NCBI RefSeq assembly: GCF_000619845.1
Contig: NZ_KK211037.1
Location: forward strand, 60,001 to 92,000
DNA: 32,000 nucleotides
DNA from: Alkanindiges illinoisensis DSM 15370
Lineage (GTDB): Bacteria > Pseudomonadota > Gammaproteobacteria > Pseudomonadales > Moraxellaceae
Direction of reading: 5' to 3'
Part shown: positions 15,420 through 24,236 of the stretch, in pieces
How positions within the stretch are numbered: the stretch's first letter is position 1
How the letters are laid out: every line of letters starts with the position of its first letter
Position numbers and translations under genes: made by a program
The notes under the pieces: model-generated
Databases searched by the model: none
Told to the model about the DNA's origin: nothing
The model's input: the letters and a program-made list of their open reading frames with translations, nothing else

Positions 15420-18080
15420 TTATTTGATGCGGGTGATGGACAGATGGGTCGTGCCGTTGGTTGAGGTAAAGGCCGCAGTTGTGTTACTCCATGACTGTGC
15501 TCTGAAACGCACGGTATTACCGTTGTCCAGATACATCATACAGTTAATCTTGGTGCTATTTCTGAGGCCTGCATTTGCGCCATTGGTATATTGATCATAG
15601 GTGCTAATACAGATCGGCGTACCGGCCTGATTAACATCCAGATAATGCGCAATGCCGATAATGGTTTCTCCGCCGGTATTGGTAACACCCATCACTTGCG
15701 TAGAAAACTGATACCAGCCTGCACCTGTACCACCTACGGTAAAGGTCGTGCCATTCCAGCTATTGCCACCAGTCAGACTGGCGCGGATGTTATTTGAGCC
15801 ACTAAAAAACAAGGTATCAAAATTTGCTGTGCCACTTAAGCTGCTGATCTGCTGACTGCTGTTGTTGGCAATGTTCAACTCTACATTGGGATAAGCACTA
15901 ACGGCACTGCTGATGTTAACGCCGCTGCCCCAGCTCCCATTGGATTTGGTATAGATCAAGCCGGAACCCGTCTGGATATAAAGGTCACCATTACTACCGG
16001 TAGCGTTGGATGGTGCCGTTGATCCCGAAAATACGACTGTGCCACTGTTACCAGTTGCCCCGGTGGCGCCCGTTACACCTGTTGCGCCTGTAGCTCCGGT
16101 AACGCCTTGCGCACCTGTGGCTCCGGTTGCACCAGTAACACCTTGAGAACCTGTAGCGCCAGTTGCACCCGTTGCGCCGGTAACACCTTGTGCGCCCGTA
16201 GCTCCAGTTGCCCCTGTCAGCGCAATAGAAATAGACCAGCCTGCTGCAGACTTTGGTCCATACAGTCGGGCATTGGTGGTGTCAATATAAAAATCACCCA
16301 CCGCGCCAACAGCCAGTGAAGGGGCGCCACTGCCATTTAAGATAGTATTACCATTGCTGCCAGCCGCCCCAGTGGCACCTGTAACACCTTGCGCCCCTGT
16401 AGCTCCGGTAACACCTTGTGCACCCGTTGCCCCTGTGATACCGCTAGCACCTTGCGCACCGGTAGCACCCGTAATGCCTGTGGCTCCGGTAGCACCCGTT
16501 GCACCATTAGCGCCAGCTGCGCCTTGTAAAGATACCCCTATGCTTGGCCAGCCTGTAACAGTTTTTGGCCCATAAAAGACTGAATTCACAGTATCGATAT
16601 AAAAATCACCAACATTGCCCTGAGTGGTGGGTGCTCCGTTACCATTGAGAATAATATTACCATTGCTGCCGGCCAACCCGGTTGCCCCAGTGGCTCCCGT
16701 TGCACCCGTAACGCCTTGAGCACCCGTTGTCCCTGTCGCCCCAGTTATGCCAGTGGCTCCAGTTGCACCTTGTGACCCTGTGGCACCTGCCGCCCCTTGA
16801 GAACCTACCAGTGAAATGCCAAGGCTTGGCCATACCCCATTGGCTTTAGGGCCATAAAAACGGCTGGTTGTGGTATCAATATAAAAATCACCATCCAGTC
16901 CCAGAGTTGCGGCTGGAGCGCCTGAGCCATTAAGTACGGCATTACCACGCATACCCTGCTGGCCTGTAGCACCCGTCGCCCCTGTGGCGCCCGGTTGACC
17001 AGTTGCTCCGGTTGCACCCACCAGAGAAGTTGATGCGCCCCAGCCGTTGATGGTCTTGGCGGCATATAGTCGTCCGTTACTTATATCAATATAGGTATCG
17101 CCAACATTACCAAGGGTTGAGGAAGGTGCGCCTGACCCGCTAATGATAGAAAACCCTATAATACCTTGCTGGCCTGTTGCCCCGGTGGCGCCCGTTACAC
17201 CCGTTGCGCCTGTCACTCCGGTTGCCCCTTGCGCACCTGTAGCTCCCGTTGCACCGGTAACGCCTTGAGAACCTGTAGCGCCTTGTGCGCCCGTGGCACC
17301 AGTCGCACCGGTAATGCCTTGAGAACCCGTTGCTCCTGTAGCTCCAGTTACACCGATTGCCCCAGTCGCACCCGTAACGCCTTGTGCGCCAGTGGCTCCG
17401 GTTACGCCTTGCGCACCAGTTGCACCCGTAATACCTGTGGCTCCGGTTGCACCAGTTACACCCTGTGCACCGGTTGCGCCAGTCGTACCGTTGGCGCCAG
17501 TTGCCCCAGCCGCGCCGCTAGCGCCTTGTTGGCCTGTAGCACCCGTTGCTCCTGTAGCGCCTTGTGCACCGGTAGCACCCGTTGCCCCTGTAGCACCGTG
17601 CTGGCCTGTGGCGCCTGCCGGGCCAATCAGTGAAATACCCGTATTTGGCCAACCTGCTGCTGTTTTTGGGCCATAAAGGACTACATTACTCACATCAATA
17701 TAAAAATCGCCAGGCTTTCCAGCAGTTGCCAGCGGTGCGCCAGAACCATTGATTACACTATAGCCATCGCTGCCATTCAGGCCAGCTGTTCCCACCAGTG
17801 AAACCCCTATGGCAGGCCAGGTACGATTCTTTTTAGGGCCATATAAAACATAGGCATTGGTATCAATATAAAAGCTACCGTCTATACCATTTTGTGCAGT
17901 AGGCATGCCTGCCCCGCTGCTGACTGAGTTAACGAGCGTAGTGGTTACAATCGTTTCTGTGGTTTTATCCGATCCGCCACATGCTGACAATGCCAGCATT
18001 GTGCCCAGAATGACGACACTTAGAGTGTTTTTTTGCAGTTTTTTAGAGGATGTATACATCGCGGGATGGATCATATTCAT
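15420..18080 (-). CDS. Collagen-like triple-helix-repeat lipoprotein with seven interspersed 'YID' modules and a C1q/BclA-like C-terminal globular domain
   Basis: 886 aa with a GGAAG Shine-Dalgarno before the ATG. The lipoprotein signal is MLALSAC, with Cys34. By hand count there are six G-X-Y runs totalling about 115-120 triplets, dominated by GAT, GAQ and GVT. Seven copies of G[DS]xYI[DQ]-x5-[LF]Y-x-[PA]K-x4-W separate the runs. The last ~155 aa ([18 protein letters not shown]...[16 protein letters not shown]...HLSITRIK) show the pattern of a C1q/TNF-like jelly roll. Confidence 0.9.
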   Translation of the reverse strand: MNMIHPAMYTSSKKLQKNTLSVVILGTMLALSACGGSDKTTETIVTTTLVNSVSSGAGMPTAQNGIDGSFYIDTNAYVLYGPKKNRTWPAIGVSLVGTAGLNGSDGYSVINGSGAPLATAGKPGDFYIDVSNVVLYGPKTAAGWPNTGISLIGPAGATGQHGATGATGATGAQGATGATGATGQQGASGAAGATGANGTTGATGAQGVTGATGATGITGATGAQGVTGATGAQGVTGATGAIGVTGATGATGSQGITGATGATGAQGATGSQGVTGATGATGAQGATGVTGATGVTGATGATGQQGIIGFSIISGSGAPSSTLGNVGDTYIDISNGRLYAAKTINGWGASTSLVGATGATGQPGATGATGATGQQGMRGNAVLNGSGAPAATLGLDGDFYIDTTTSRFYGPKANGVWPSLGISLVGSQGAAGATGSQGATGATGITGATGTTGAQGVTGATGATGATGLAGSNGNIILNGNGAPTTQGNVGDFYIDTVNSVFYGPKTVTGWPSIGVSLQGAAGANGATGATGATGITGATGAQGASGITGATGAQGVTGATGAQGVTGATGAAGSNGNTILNGSGAPSLAVGAVGDFYIDTTNARLYGPKSAAGWSISIALTGATGATGAQGVTGATGATGATGSQGVTGATGATGAQGVTGATGATGVTGATGATGNSGTVVFSGSTAPSNATGSNGDLYIQTGSGLIYTKSNGSWGSGVNISSAVSAYPNVELNIANNSSQQISSLSGTANFDTLFFSGSNNIRASLTGGNSWNGTTFTVGGTGAGWYQFSTQVMGVTNTGGETIIGIAHYLDVNQAGTPICISTYDQYTNGANAGLRNSTKINCMMYLDNGNTVRFRAQSWSNTTAAFTSTNGTTHLSITRIK
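16041..17624 (-). repeat. Coding tandem repeats with 9-nt periodicity (G-X-Y triplets) in five blocks. The largest block is about 17157-17624.
   Basis: GGY-GCN-ACN type units repeat with many near-identical 9-, 18- and 27-nt copies. The same periodicity creates long spurious ORFs on the opposite strand. Confidence 0.9.
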
Positions 18081-18146
18081 TTTTTACTTCCAGCGTTATT
18101 TTTTAAAAATTTTAGCTATTTATTTAATACGAGGGATTCATAATTG

Positions 18147-18162
18147 TATACAGTTCTGTATA
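18147..18162. promoter_or_regulatory. 7-2-7 dyad TATACAG-TT-CTGTATA in the AT-rich region upstream of the collagen-like gene
   Basis: Perfect 7-bp inverted arms with a 2-bp spacer, about 70 nt upstream of the ATG at 18080. The dyad lies in a 275-bp AT-rich intergenic region shared with divergent dapB. Confidence 0.35.
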
Positions 18163-18355
18163 TATAGTTACATATTTTTATATTTTGCATTACTGCTGTT
18201 ACATTATTTGCTACAGTTCAGGCAATCGGCACCCGATAGAATAAGCAGTTATTGCGTAACCTGCTACGTTAAGCACATTGCAGGGTAAAAGGGTCTGATA
18301 GTCAGTGGACTGGCTTGGTTTTGGATTAATTAACGCTAAATATTGAGGAGCAGGC

Positions 18356-19168
18356 ATGGCAACTTCACCACGCATTGGGATTTTGGGCGCAGGTGGCCGC
18401 ATGGGCCGCATGTTGATTCAGGCAGTGCATCAGGCAGGCTATCCGCTTGCTGCGGCAGTCGAGCGCCCCGGCAGTTCACTGATTGGCACCGATGCGGGTG
18501 AACTGGCAGGCGTAGGCAAGCTGGACGTACAGGTGGCCGCCAGTCTGCAAGATATAATTAACCAGTGTGATGTGGTGATTGATTTTTCCACGCCACAAGC
18601 CACTGAAACCCACTTGCAGATTTGCCGTGATGCAAAGGTTGCTATTGTCATTGGCACCACGGGCTTATCTGAGGCACAAAAGCAGCTGGTCAGCGACACG
18701 GCACAGCATATTCCGGTGGTGTATTCCGGCAACTACTCGGTGGGCGTGAATGTCTCGCTTAAAATGCTGGAACTGGCGGCCAAAGCCTTTGGTGAAACGG
18801 TGGATATTGAAATCATTGAAGCCCATCACCGCCATAAAGTGGATGCACCATCCGGCACCGCCTACATGATGGGTGAAACCGTGGCTAATGCGCTGGGCCG
18901 TAACCTCAAAGACGTTGCGGTTTATGGACGTGAAGGTCATACTGGGCCGCGCGAGCGCCAGACCATTGGTTTTGAAACCATTCGGGGTGGCGATATTGTG
19001 GGTGAACACACGGTGATGTTTATTGGTGAAGGCGAGCGGGTTGAGGTCAAGCATCTGGCCACCAACCGCATGAACTTTGCCAGTGGTGCAGTGCGTGCCG
19101 CGGCATGGGTGATCCAGCAGCCAGTAGCCCGTTATGACATGCAGGATGTATTGTCATTAAAAAATTAA
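18356..19168 (+). CDS. dapB: 4-hydroxy-tetrahydrodipicolinate reductase
   Basis: [17 protein letters not shown] (NAD(P)H-binding motif) and [15 protein letters not shown] (the conserved DapB catalytic motif). 270 aa. Confidence 0.97.
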   Translation: MATSPRIGILGAGGRMGRMLIQAVHQAGYPLAAAVERPGSSLIGTDAGELAGVGKLDVQVAASLQDIINQCDVVIDFSTPQATETHLQICRDAKVAIVIGTTGLSEAQKQLVSDTAQHIPVVYSGNYSVGVNVSLKMLELAAKAFGETVDIEIIEAHHRHKVDAPSGTAYMMGETVANALGRNLKDVAVYGREGHTGPRERQTIGFETIRGGDIVGEHTVMFIGEGERVEVKHLATNRMNFASGAVRAAAWVIQQPVARYDMQDVLSLKN

Positions 19169-19223
19169 TGGTAGAACAACTAAAATCTCAGCCGTATACG
19201 CTGATCAGGCAGGATATTAAGTC

Positions 19224-19922
19224 ATGAACAACACCGTCAACCGGTTCTCTGCGCGCAAGCTGTGTTATGCCATTGGCTTAAGCCTGCTAACCTTAAGTAC
19301 CGCCCATGCTGCTGCTGATCTGTCACGCGCCAAGCTGGCGATCAATAAACAGGGCATCAAGGTGTGGACGTATCAGCTACCGGATAATCCCGCCTTTAAT
19401 TACCGTGCCACCACGGTACTCAATAGCAGTGTTACCAGTGTGGCTGCAGTGATTCTGGACACCGATGATCTGGTTCAGTGGGTGCCGTATGTCAGTGCTG
19501 TGAATGTGATTGAGCGTAATGATGCCACTGGCAGCTTTATCATTCGCATGCAACTGGATTTTCCGTTTCCCTTGCAGGATCGTGATGTGGTTATTCAGGG
19601 CAAAATCAGTCAGGCCAGCGACGGCACTGTGACCATTAAAAACAGGGCAGTTAGCGATAGCCGGGTTCCGGTACGCCATAATGTGGTACGCCTAACCCAC
19701 TATGAAGGCGACTGGACCCTGAAGCCACTGGGGCCTGCCAAAACAGAAGTGTCCACCACAGGTTATGGTGATCCGGGTGGCGTGATTCCGCTGACCGTAG
19801 CCAATATGTTTGTGCAGCAGCAGCCGTACCAGATGCTGGGCCGCATGAAGGACTATGTAAAAAACAGCCGTTACCAGAATGCACAGCTCAGTATGATTAA
19901 AGACCCGTACGCCAAAAAATAA
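19224..19922 (+). CDS. Secreted START/Bet v1-like (SRPBCC) lipid-binding-domain protein
   Basis: Signal peptide (LSLLTLSTAHAAA). Overall START-like pattern (KVWTYQ...FNYRATTVLNSSVTSVAAVILDTDDLVQWVPYV...RDVVIQGK...GDWTLKPLGPAKTEV). Assigned by pattern recognition only. Confidence 0.65.
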   Translation: MNNTVNRFSARKLCYAIGLSLLTLSTAHAAADLSRAKLAINKQGIKVWTYQLPDNPAFNYRATTVLNSSVTSVAAVILDTDDLVQWVPYVSAVNVIERNDATGSFIIRMQLDFPFPLQDRDVVIQGKISQASDGTVTIKNRAVSDSRVPVRHNVVRLTHYEGDWTLKPLGPAKTEVSTTGYGDPGGVIPLTVANMFVQQQPYQMLGRMKDYVKNSRYQNAQLSMIKDPYAKK

Positions 19923-19930
19923 CAAATCAT

Positions 19931-19956
19931 CTACCCGGTATTAAAACTCCGGGTAG
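19931..19956 (+). terminator. Hairpin CTACCCGG-N10-CCGGGTAG downstream of the START-like gene
   Basis: 8-bp perfect stem with no U-tract. Tentative call. Confidence 0.3.
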
Positions 19957-19968
19957 AGCTTGTCTTGA

Positions 19969-21105
19969 TTGAGAGAAATTTTCAGGCCCATAATGCGTTG
20001 TCTTATGGTGCAGGCAGGCATTCCCTTGAAAAAACTTAATCCTTACTGGTCTGGCATTATCGCCAGCGTGTTTTTCAGCTTGCCTATGCCAGTACAGGCC
20101 AATACAGCCTTCAATACCGTGGCAACAGAAACCCAAAATACCATTATTGCCAAGCCGACTGTGGTCAATGGAACAACGGCCAGCAGTACACAAATGCCGT
20201 GGCAGGTTGCCCTGTTTGCGCAAAACGCTAGTGGACAGGCTGCCTATATTTGTTCCGGTACCCTGATTAATGCGCAGTGGGTAGTCACAGCTGCGCATTG
20301 CTTTAATCCGCAGAAGCTTGAGCAGCAGCCGATTACCGATCATTACGTGGTGGCAGGGACAGTAGACCTTGATCAGATTAACAGCCCGGCCACTCAGGTA
20401 ATTCGGGTAAGTCGCCAGATTATTCATCCCGGTTATGACGCCGGGGTTAATCTGGACAATGACATTGCCCTGCTCAAGCTGTCAGAACCCGTTGATTTAA
20501 AGGCCTGTGGTCTGCGTTGTGACACAATTGACTGGTTAAAGCCCGCACAGGCCAGTCAGTATACGGCGCTGGGCAGCTTGGCTCAGGTGGCAGGCTGGGG
20601 TGAGACTGTGGTAACAGCCAGTAATGGCACACAGGAAACCCTGTATCCCTCGCGCTTACAGGTGGGGCAGCTTAAGATTGTCAACTGTGGTAGCAGTCGC
20701 TACCTTTACAATAACAAGAGCTGGCCAATCAGTGCCAATATGATGTGCGCCAGCGGGGTAGACCAGCAAAATCCTGCTGATACCTGCGTGGGTGACAGTG
20801 GCTCAGGCTTGGTGGTGAATATCCGTTCAGGTCAGCCTTTGCTGACGGGTATTACCAGCTGGGGTGAAGACACGCCTTGCGGTGAGCGCACCTTGCCCGG
20901 CGTGTATACCCGGGTTGCCAATTATGCCAGCTGGATTTTAAGTTATGTTGATCCGCTAGCGTATCAGCAGCAACAGGAACAGCAGCAGGCGCAACAGTCA
21001 GCCAGTACCTCAGGTTCAGGCGGCGGTGGCAGTGTTTCGGTGGGAATGTTGCTGGGCTTGGGTAGCTTAGTGTTGATTCGGCGCAAATGGCTTGCCAGAA
21101 AATAA
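19969..21105 (+). CDS. Trypsin-like (S1) serine protease with a GlyGly-CTERM sorting tail (VesB-like)
   Basis: The catalytic triad contexts are WVVTAAHC, NDIALLKL and CVGDSGSGLV. The C-terminus, SGSGGGGSVSVGMLLGLGSLVLIRRKWLARK, is a Gly-rich motif followed by a TM helix and a basic tail. The TTG start is doubtful, and the ATGs at 19993 or 20005 are more likely. The signal peptide ends ...LPMPVQA. Confidence 0.9.
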   Translation: MREIFRPIMRCLMVQAGIPLKKLNPYWSGIIASVFFSLPMPVQANTAFNTVATETQNTIIAKPTVVNGTTASSTQMPWQVALFAQNASGQAAYICSGTLINAQWVVTAAHCFNPQKLEQQPITDHYVVAGTVDLDQINSPATQVIRVSRQIIHPGYDAGVNLDNDIALLKLSEPVDLKACGLRCDTIDWLKPAQASQYTALGSLAQVAGWGETVVTASNGTQETLYPSRLQVGQLKIVNCGSSRYLYNNKSWPISANMMCASGVDQQNPADTCVGDSGSGLVVNIRSGQPLLTGITSWGEDTPCGERTLPGVYTRVANYASWILSYVDPLAYQQQQEQQQAQQSASTSGSGGGGSVSVGMLLGLGSLVLIRRKWLARK

Positions 21106-21209
21106 TAGGGCTTTAAGCGGAAACACAAATTAACCCAGACAAACCCGGGACATGAAAATCTGTATAAGCTCTAGAGTGTGAATAGTGATAAAGCGTCGAT
21201 ATTGACAGC

Positions 21210-21250
21210 AATGGCCTGCCTGAATGGATTTACAACTCAGGCAGGCCATT
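21210..21250. terminator. Bidirectional terminator hairpin between the protease and alcohol dehydrogenase genes
   Basis: Perfect 14-bp stem AATGGCCTGCCTGA / 13-nt loop / TCAGGCAGGCCATT, flanked by T-rich sequence. Confidence 0.75.
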
Positions 21251-21278
21251 TCGTTTACTAAAGTTATAAATAAAAGAT

Positions 21279-22298
21279 TTAGGCAAAATCCGCTTTAAGC
21301 ACTACCCGGTAGCGGGCCTTGCCATCACGCAAATGCTGGATAGCCTCATTGATTTGTGACATCGGAAATACTTCAACCGTGGGTTCAACCTGCGTGCGGG
21401 CCGCAAAGCGCAGCAACTGACGGAGCGCGAGTGGTGAACCCGTCGGCGAACCAGTCACTACCTTGGCCCCCCCAATTAACACACCAGCAGGCACGGCTAA
21501 AGGCTCAAGTACCACGCCAACGGTATGAAACTTGCCTTCAGGTGCCAGTGCCGCAAAGTAAGGCATCCAGTCCAGACTGACATTGATGGTGTTGATAATC
21601 AGGTCAAACTGGCCACGCAGGGCTTTCAGCTGGTCTTTATCACGGCTATTGATCACCTGATGCGCACCCATGTCCAGAATTTCCTGGGTTTTATCCGGGC
21701 TGGAACTAAAGGCCGTCACTTCACAGCCCCATGCCTTGGCCAGCTTGATGGCAATATGTCCCAAGCCACCAATGCCAATCACCCCAACCTTATGCACACC
21801 CTGAATATTGTGGCGCAGCAAGGGATCAAACACGGTAATGCCGCCGCATAATAGCGGGCCAGCCACTTCCGGATTTAAGTCATCCGGCACCGGAATCACC
21901 CATTGCCAGCCTGCGCGTACGGTTTCGGCAAAGCCCCCGGCATGACCTACAATGGTGGCTGTGGTGCCATTCTGGCACAGCACCTGTTTGCCGCCAATAC
22001 AGCAATCGCAATGCTGGCAGCTATCGGCAGTCCAGCCAATGCCAACACGCTGGCCGACCTGCAGGCCACGGGCTTCACTGCCAAGCTGGGTGATCGTACC
22101 AATCACTTCATGCCCGGCAATCAGCGGATATTTGGCACCGCCCCATTCATTGTCAATCATGGATAAATCCGAATGGCATACCCCGCAATATTCTACCTTG
22201 ACTTCAACTTCGTGGGCTTTGAGTTCGCCGGCATCGTAGTCATAAGGTTGTAGGGGCTGGCCCGGTTCGAGAGCGGCATAGCTACGGATAATACTCAT
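21279..22298 (-). CDS. Zinc-dependent alcohol dehydrogenase (cinnamyl-alcohol/YahK-like, probably NADP-dependent)
   Basis: Catalytic zinc motifs GVCHSDL and GHEVIG. Structural zinc Cys cluster [15 protein letters not shown]. Rossmann motif [10 protein letters not shown]. Confidence 0.92.
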   Translation of the reverse strand: MSIIRSYAALEPGQPLQPYDYDAGELKAHEVEVKVEYCGVCHSDLSMIDNEWGGAKYPLIAGHEVIGTITQLGSEARGLQVGQRVGIGWTADSCQHCDCCIGGKQVLCQNGTTATIVGHAGGFAETVRAGWQWVIPVPDDLNPEVAGPLLCGGITVFDPLLRHNIQGVHKVGVIGIGGLGHIAIKLAKAWGCEVTAFSSSPDKTQEILDMGAHQVINSRDKDQLKALRGQFDLIINTINVSLDWMPYFAALAPEGKFHTVGVVLEPLAVPAGVLIGGAKVVTGSPTGSPLALRQLLRFAARTQVEPTVEVFPMSQINEAIQHLRDGKARYRVVLKADFA

Positions 22299-22324
22299 GC
22301 TGTGTTCCTTGCGTGAATAAAAAA

Positions 22325-22942
22325 TTAATGGGTAGCCAGCAAACGGCTACTGCATCCGGCGTCATGGTCATTCACCAAACCTGCAGCCTGCATAAAGGCA
22401 TAGCAGGTGGTTGACCCGACAAACTTGAAACCGGCTTTTTTGAGTGCTTTTGACATTGCCAGACTGGCCGCGATTTGAACAGGGTTTTGTGTGTAATTCT
22501 GAAGAGCCTGTGGTTGTAGTTTTGCATTGACAAATGACCACAGCCATTCAACCATATCAATGCCATTCTGCTCCATTGCCAGCCACGCCTGCGCATTCGC
22601 CACAATGGCATTGAGCTTGCCGGCATGGCGGATCAGACCGGGGTTTTGCAGATACTGATTAATCTCAGCCTCACTGAGCTGTGCCACTTTTTCAGGCAAA
22701 AAATCAAAAAAGCACTGCCGATAACAGTCCCGTTTTTTAAGCACGGTAATCCATGACAAGCCCGCCTGCTGGCCTTCCAGACACAGCATTTCAAACAACT
22801 GCTGGCGGTCATGGCTGGGCTTGCCCCATTCATGGTCATGGTAGTGCTGGTAGAGCGGGTCATTGCTGCACCAGCTACAGCGCTGAATGGCTGATTCGCT
22901 GGCTTGAGTAGCTGTTGTGGTCATGGTGTTGTATTCATCCAC
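22325..22942 (-). CDS. tag: DNA-3-methyladenine glycosylase I
   Basis: [22 protein letters not shown] and downstream conserved blocks ([19 protein letters not shown]). An alternative start exists at the internal Met 7. Confidence 0.93.
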   Translation of the reverse strand: MDEYNTMTTTATQASESAIQRCSWCSNDPLYQHYHDHEWGKPSHDRQQLFEMLCLEGQQAGLSWITVLKKRDCYRQCFFDFLPEKVAQLSEAEINQYLQNPGLIRHAGKLNAIVANAQAWLAMEQNGIDMVEWLWSFVNAKLQPQALQNYTQNPVQIAASLAMSKALKKAGFKFVGSTTCYAFMQAAGLVNDHDAGCSSRLLATH

Positions 22943-22959
22943 TTATTAATCATTCAAAA

Positions 22960-24093
22960 TCAGGTTTTCTTTTTCTTGCGTTTTTTAAACGGATACACCA
23001 ATTGGTCGACAAAGCCTTCCGGTACTTTGGTGCTGGGCGTGGTGCCATAACGCTGTGGCAAATGGGAAGGCATGTGAGCAGTTTTAAAAATCACATCATA
23101 AATCGGCAAAAAGGCCGCAAAATTCTTGTCCAGTGCTTCATCTTCTGAAGAGTGATGCCAATGATGAAACTCGGGTGTAGCAATCATCCAGCGCAGGTAT
23201 GGAAAGCGAAAGCGTACATTGGCATGGATAAAAATGGCATGAAAGGAAATAAAAATCAGGTAGGCATAGGTGGCTGCCGGGGAAAATCCTAAAAATAGCA
23301 AAGGAATATAACCCACAAAACGATTCATGATCAGTTCAGCCACGTGCACGCGACTGGACGCCAGCCAGTCCATTTGCAGTGAAGAGTGGTGTACGGCATG
23401 AATGCGCCAAAGCCGTGGCACCTTATGCATGCTGCGATGAATCCAGTAACTGAAAAAATCCACCACCAGCAGGATTTCAAGGAACTGCAATGCCAGTGGC
23501 TGACTGCTGACCAGTTGATGCAGGCGCGGATTGATCCACTGGTTAAACAGCACCTGTGCCGGGATAATGGTAAAAAATGCCAGCAGTTGAATCCCCAGAT
23601 GGCTAAACATAAAATACTTGAGGTCAGTCACCCAGCCTTTACGTAGGATTTTTTGCTGCTGATACTTGGCAAACATGCGTTCCATGGGAATAAACACCAG
23701 TGCCAGCACCAGCAGGGTTAAAATGAAATAATCCAGCCCGGCATACACATTGCGTGCTTCATAAGGACTTCCTTCAATTTGCCCGCTGGCCAATAAGGCC
23801 GCACAGGTATTTAAGAAAATGCCGCTCAGGCCCCACAGGCGATTAGGATTGCGAAATACCGAACACAGCCCTGCGATAAAGCCCACCCCGATGCCGCTAA
23901 ACAGCAAAATCTTGATGAGCAACGGGTCATAAACGGAACGTAATTCCGGCATGGTCAGCAGTTTGGGAAATAAAAAACAAAATGCAGTCAGGCAAGCCAG
24001 CAGCCCAAAACTAATGGCAATAAAAGCCGAGATTTTGCCATGGCCATAATTGAGTGGCTGGTCTTCCAGATGTTTGCGCAGCAGGTTGGTCAT
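22960..24093 (-). CDS. Fatty acid hydroxylase / sterol desaturase superfamily membrane protein
   Basis: Three His boxes (HRSMH, HAVHH, HHWHH) and multiple TM segments, including an N-terminal extension. Confidence 0.85.
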   Translation of the reverse strand: MTNLLRKHLEDQPLNYGHGKISAFIAISFGLLACLTAFCFLFPKLLTMPELRSVYDPLLIKILLFSGIGVGFIAGLCSVFRNPNRLWGLSGIFLNTCAALLASGQIEGSPYEARNVYAGLDYFILTLLVLALVFIPMERMFAKYQQQKILRKGWVTDLKYFMFSHLGIQLLAFFTIIPAQVLFNQWINPRLHQLVSSQPLALQFLEILLVVDFFSYWIHRSMHKVPRLWRIHAVHHSSLQMDWLASSRVHVAELIMNRFVGYIPLLFLGFSPAATYAYLIFISFHAIFIHANVRFRFPYLRWMIATPEFHHWHHSSEDEALDKNFAAFLPIYDVIFKTAHMPSHLPQRYGTTPSTKVPEGFVDQLVYPFKKRKKKKT

Positions 24094-24236
24094 TATTATT
24101 CCAACTATTGGGTTTCTTGTATCGCCGTTATTCTATAAGGCTATTGGGTTGGTGCAATTTAAAGTTTAGGTAGAGATTGTGGGGTAATAACTTAATTTAT
24201 AAGTGAAAACAGGCTATAAATCCAGCGAAAACCAGC

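Noticed and set aside
16041-17624. Regular short-period repeats that could superficially suggest a CRISPR array
   Set aside because: The period is 9 nt rather than ~60-70 nt, there is no repeat/unique-spacer alternation, and the region lies inside one continuous coding frame. No cas genes are present in the window.
16107-17676. Long plus-strand ORFs (16107-16319, 16354-16575, 17166-17633, 17392-17676) encoding Cys/Ala/Pro/Val-rich repeats such as [12 protein letters not shown]
   Set aside because: They are antisense to the G-X-Y repeats. Any 9-nt periodic GGN-GCN-ACN sequence stays stop-free in several frames on both strands. The minus-strand ORF alone has a start with a Shine-Dalgarno, a lipoprotein signal and non-repetitive flanking domains.
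12977-18355. Interpreting the dnaJ-dapB block as a prophage or integrative element
   Set aside because: I could see no integrase, recombinase, excisionase, tRNA target, flanking direct repeats or phage structural or lysis genes. Only fibre-like domains are present, so at most it is a domesticated or remnant module.
19927-20427. 166-aa minus-strand ORF
   Set aside because: It is entirely antisense to the 5' part of the trypsin-like protease gene, whose catalytic motifs validate the plus-strand frame.
24111-24150. 10-bp direct repeat CTATTGGGTT occurring twice upstream of the hydroxylase gene
   Set aside because: It is short, there are only two copies, and there is no dyad symmetry or association with a known regulator. 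It is too weak to call a site.
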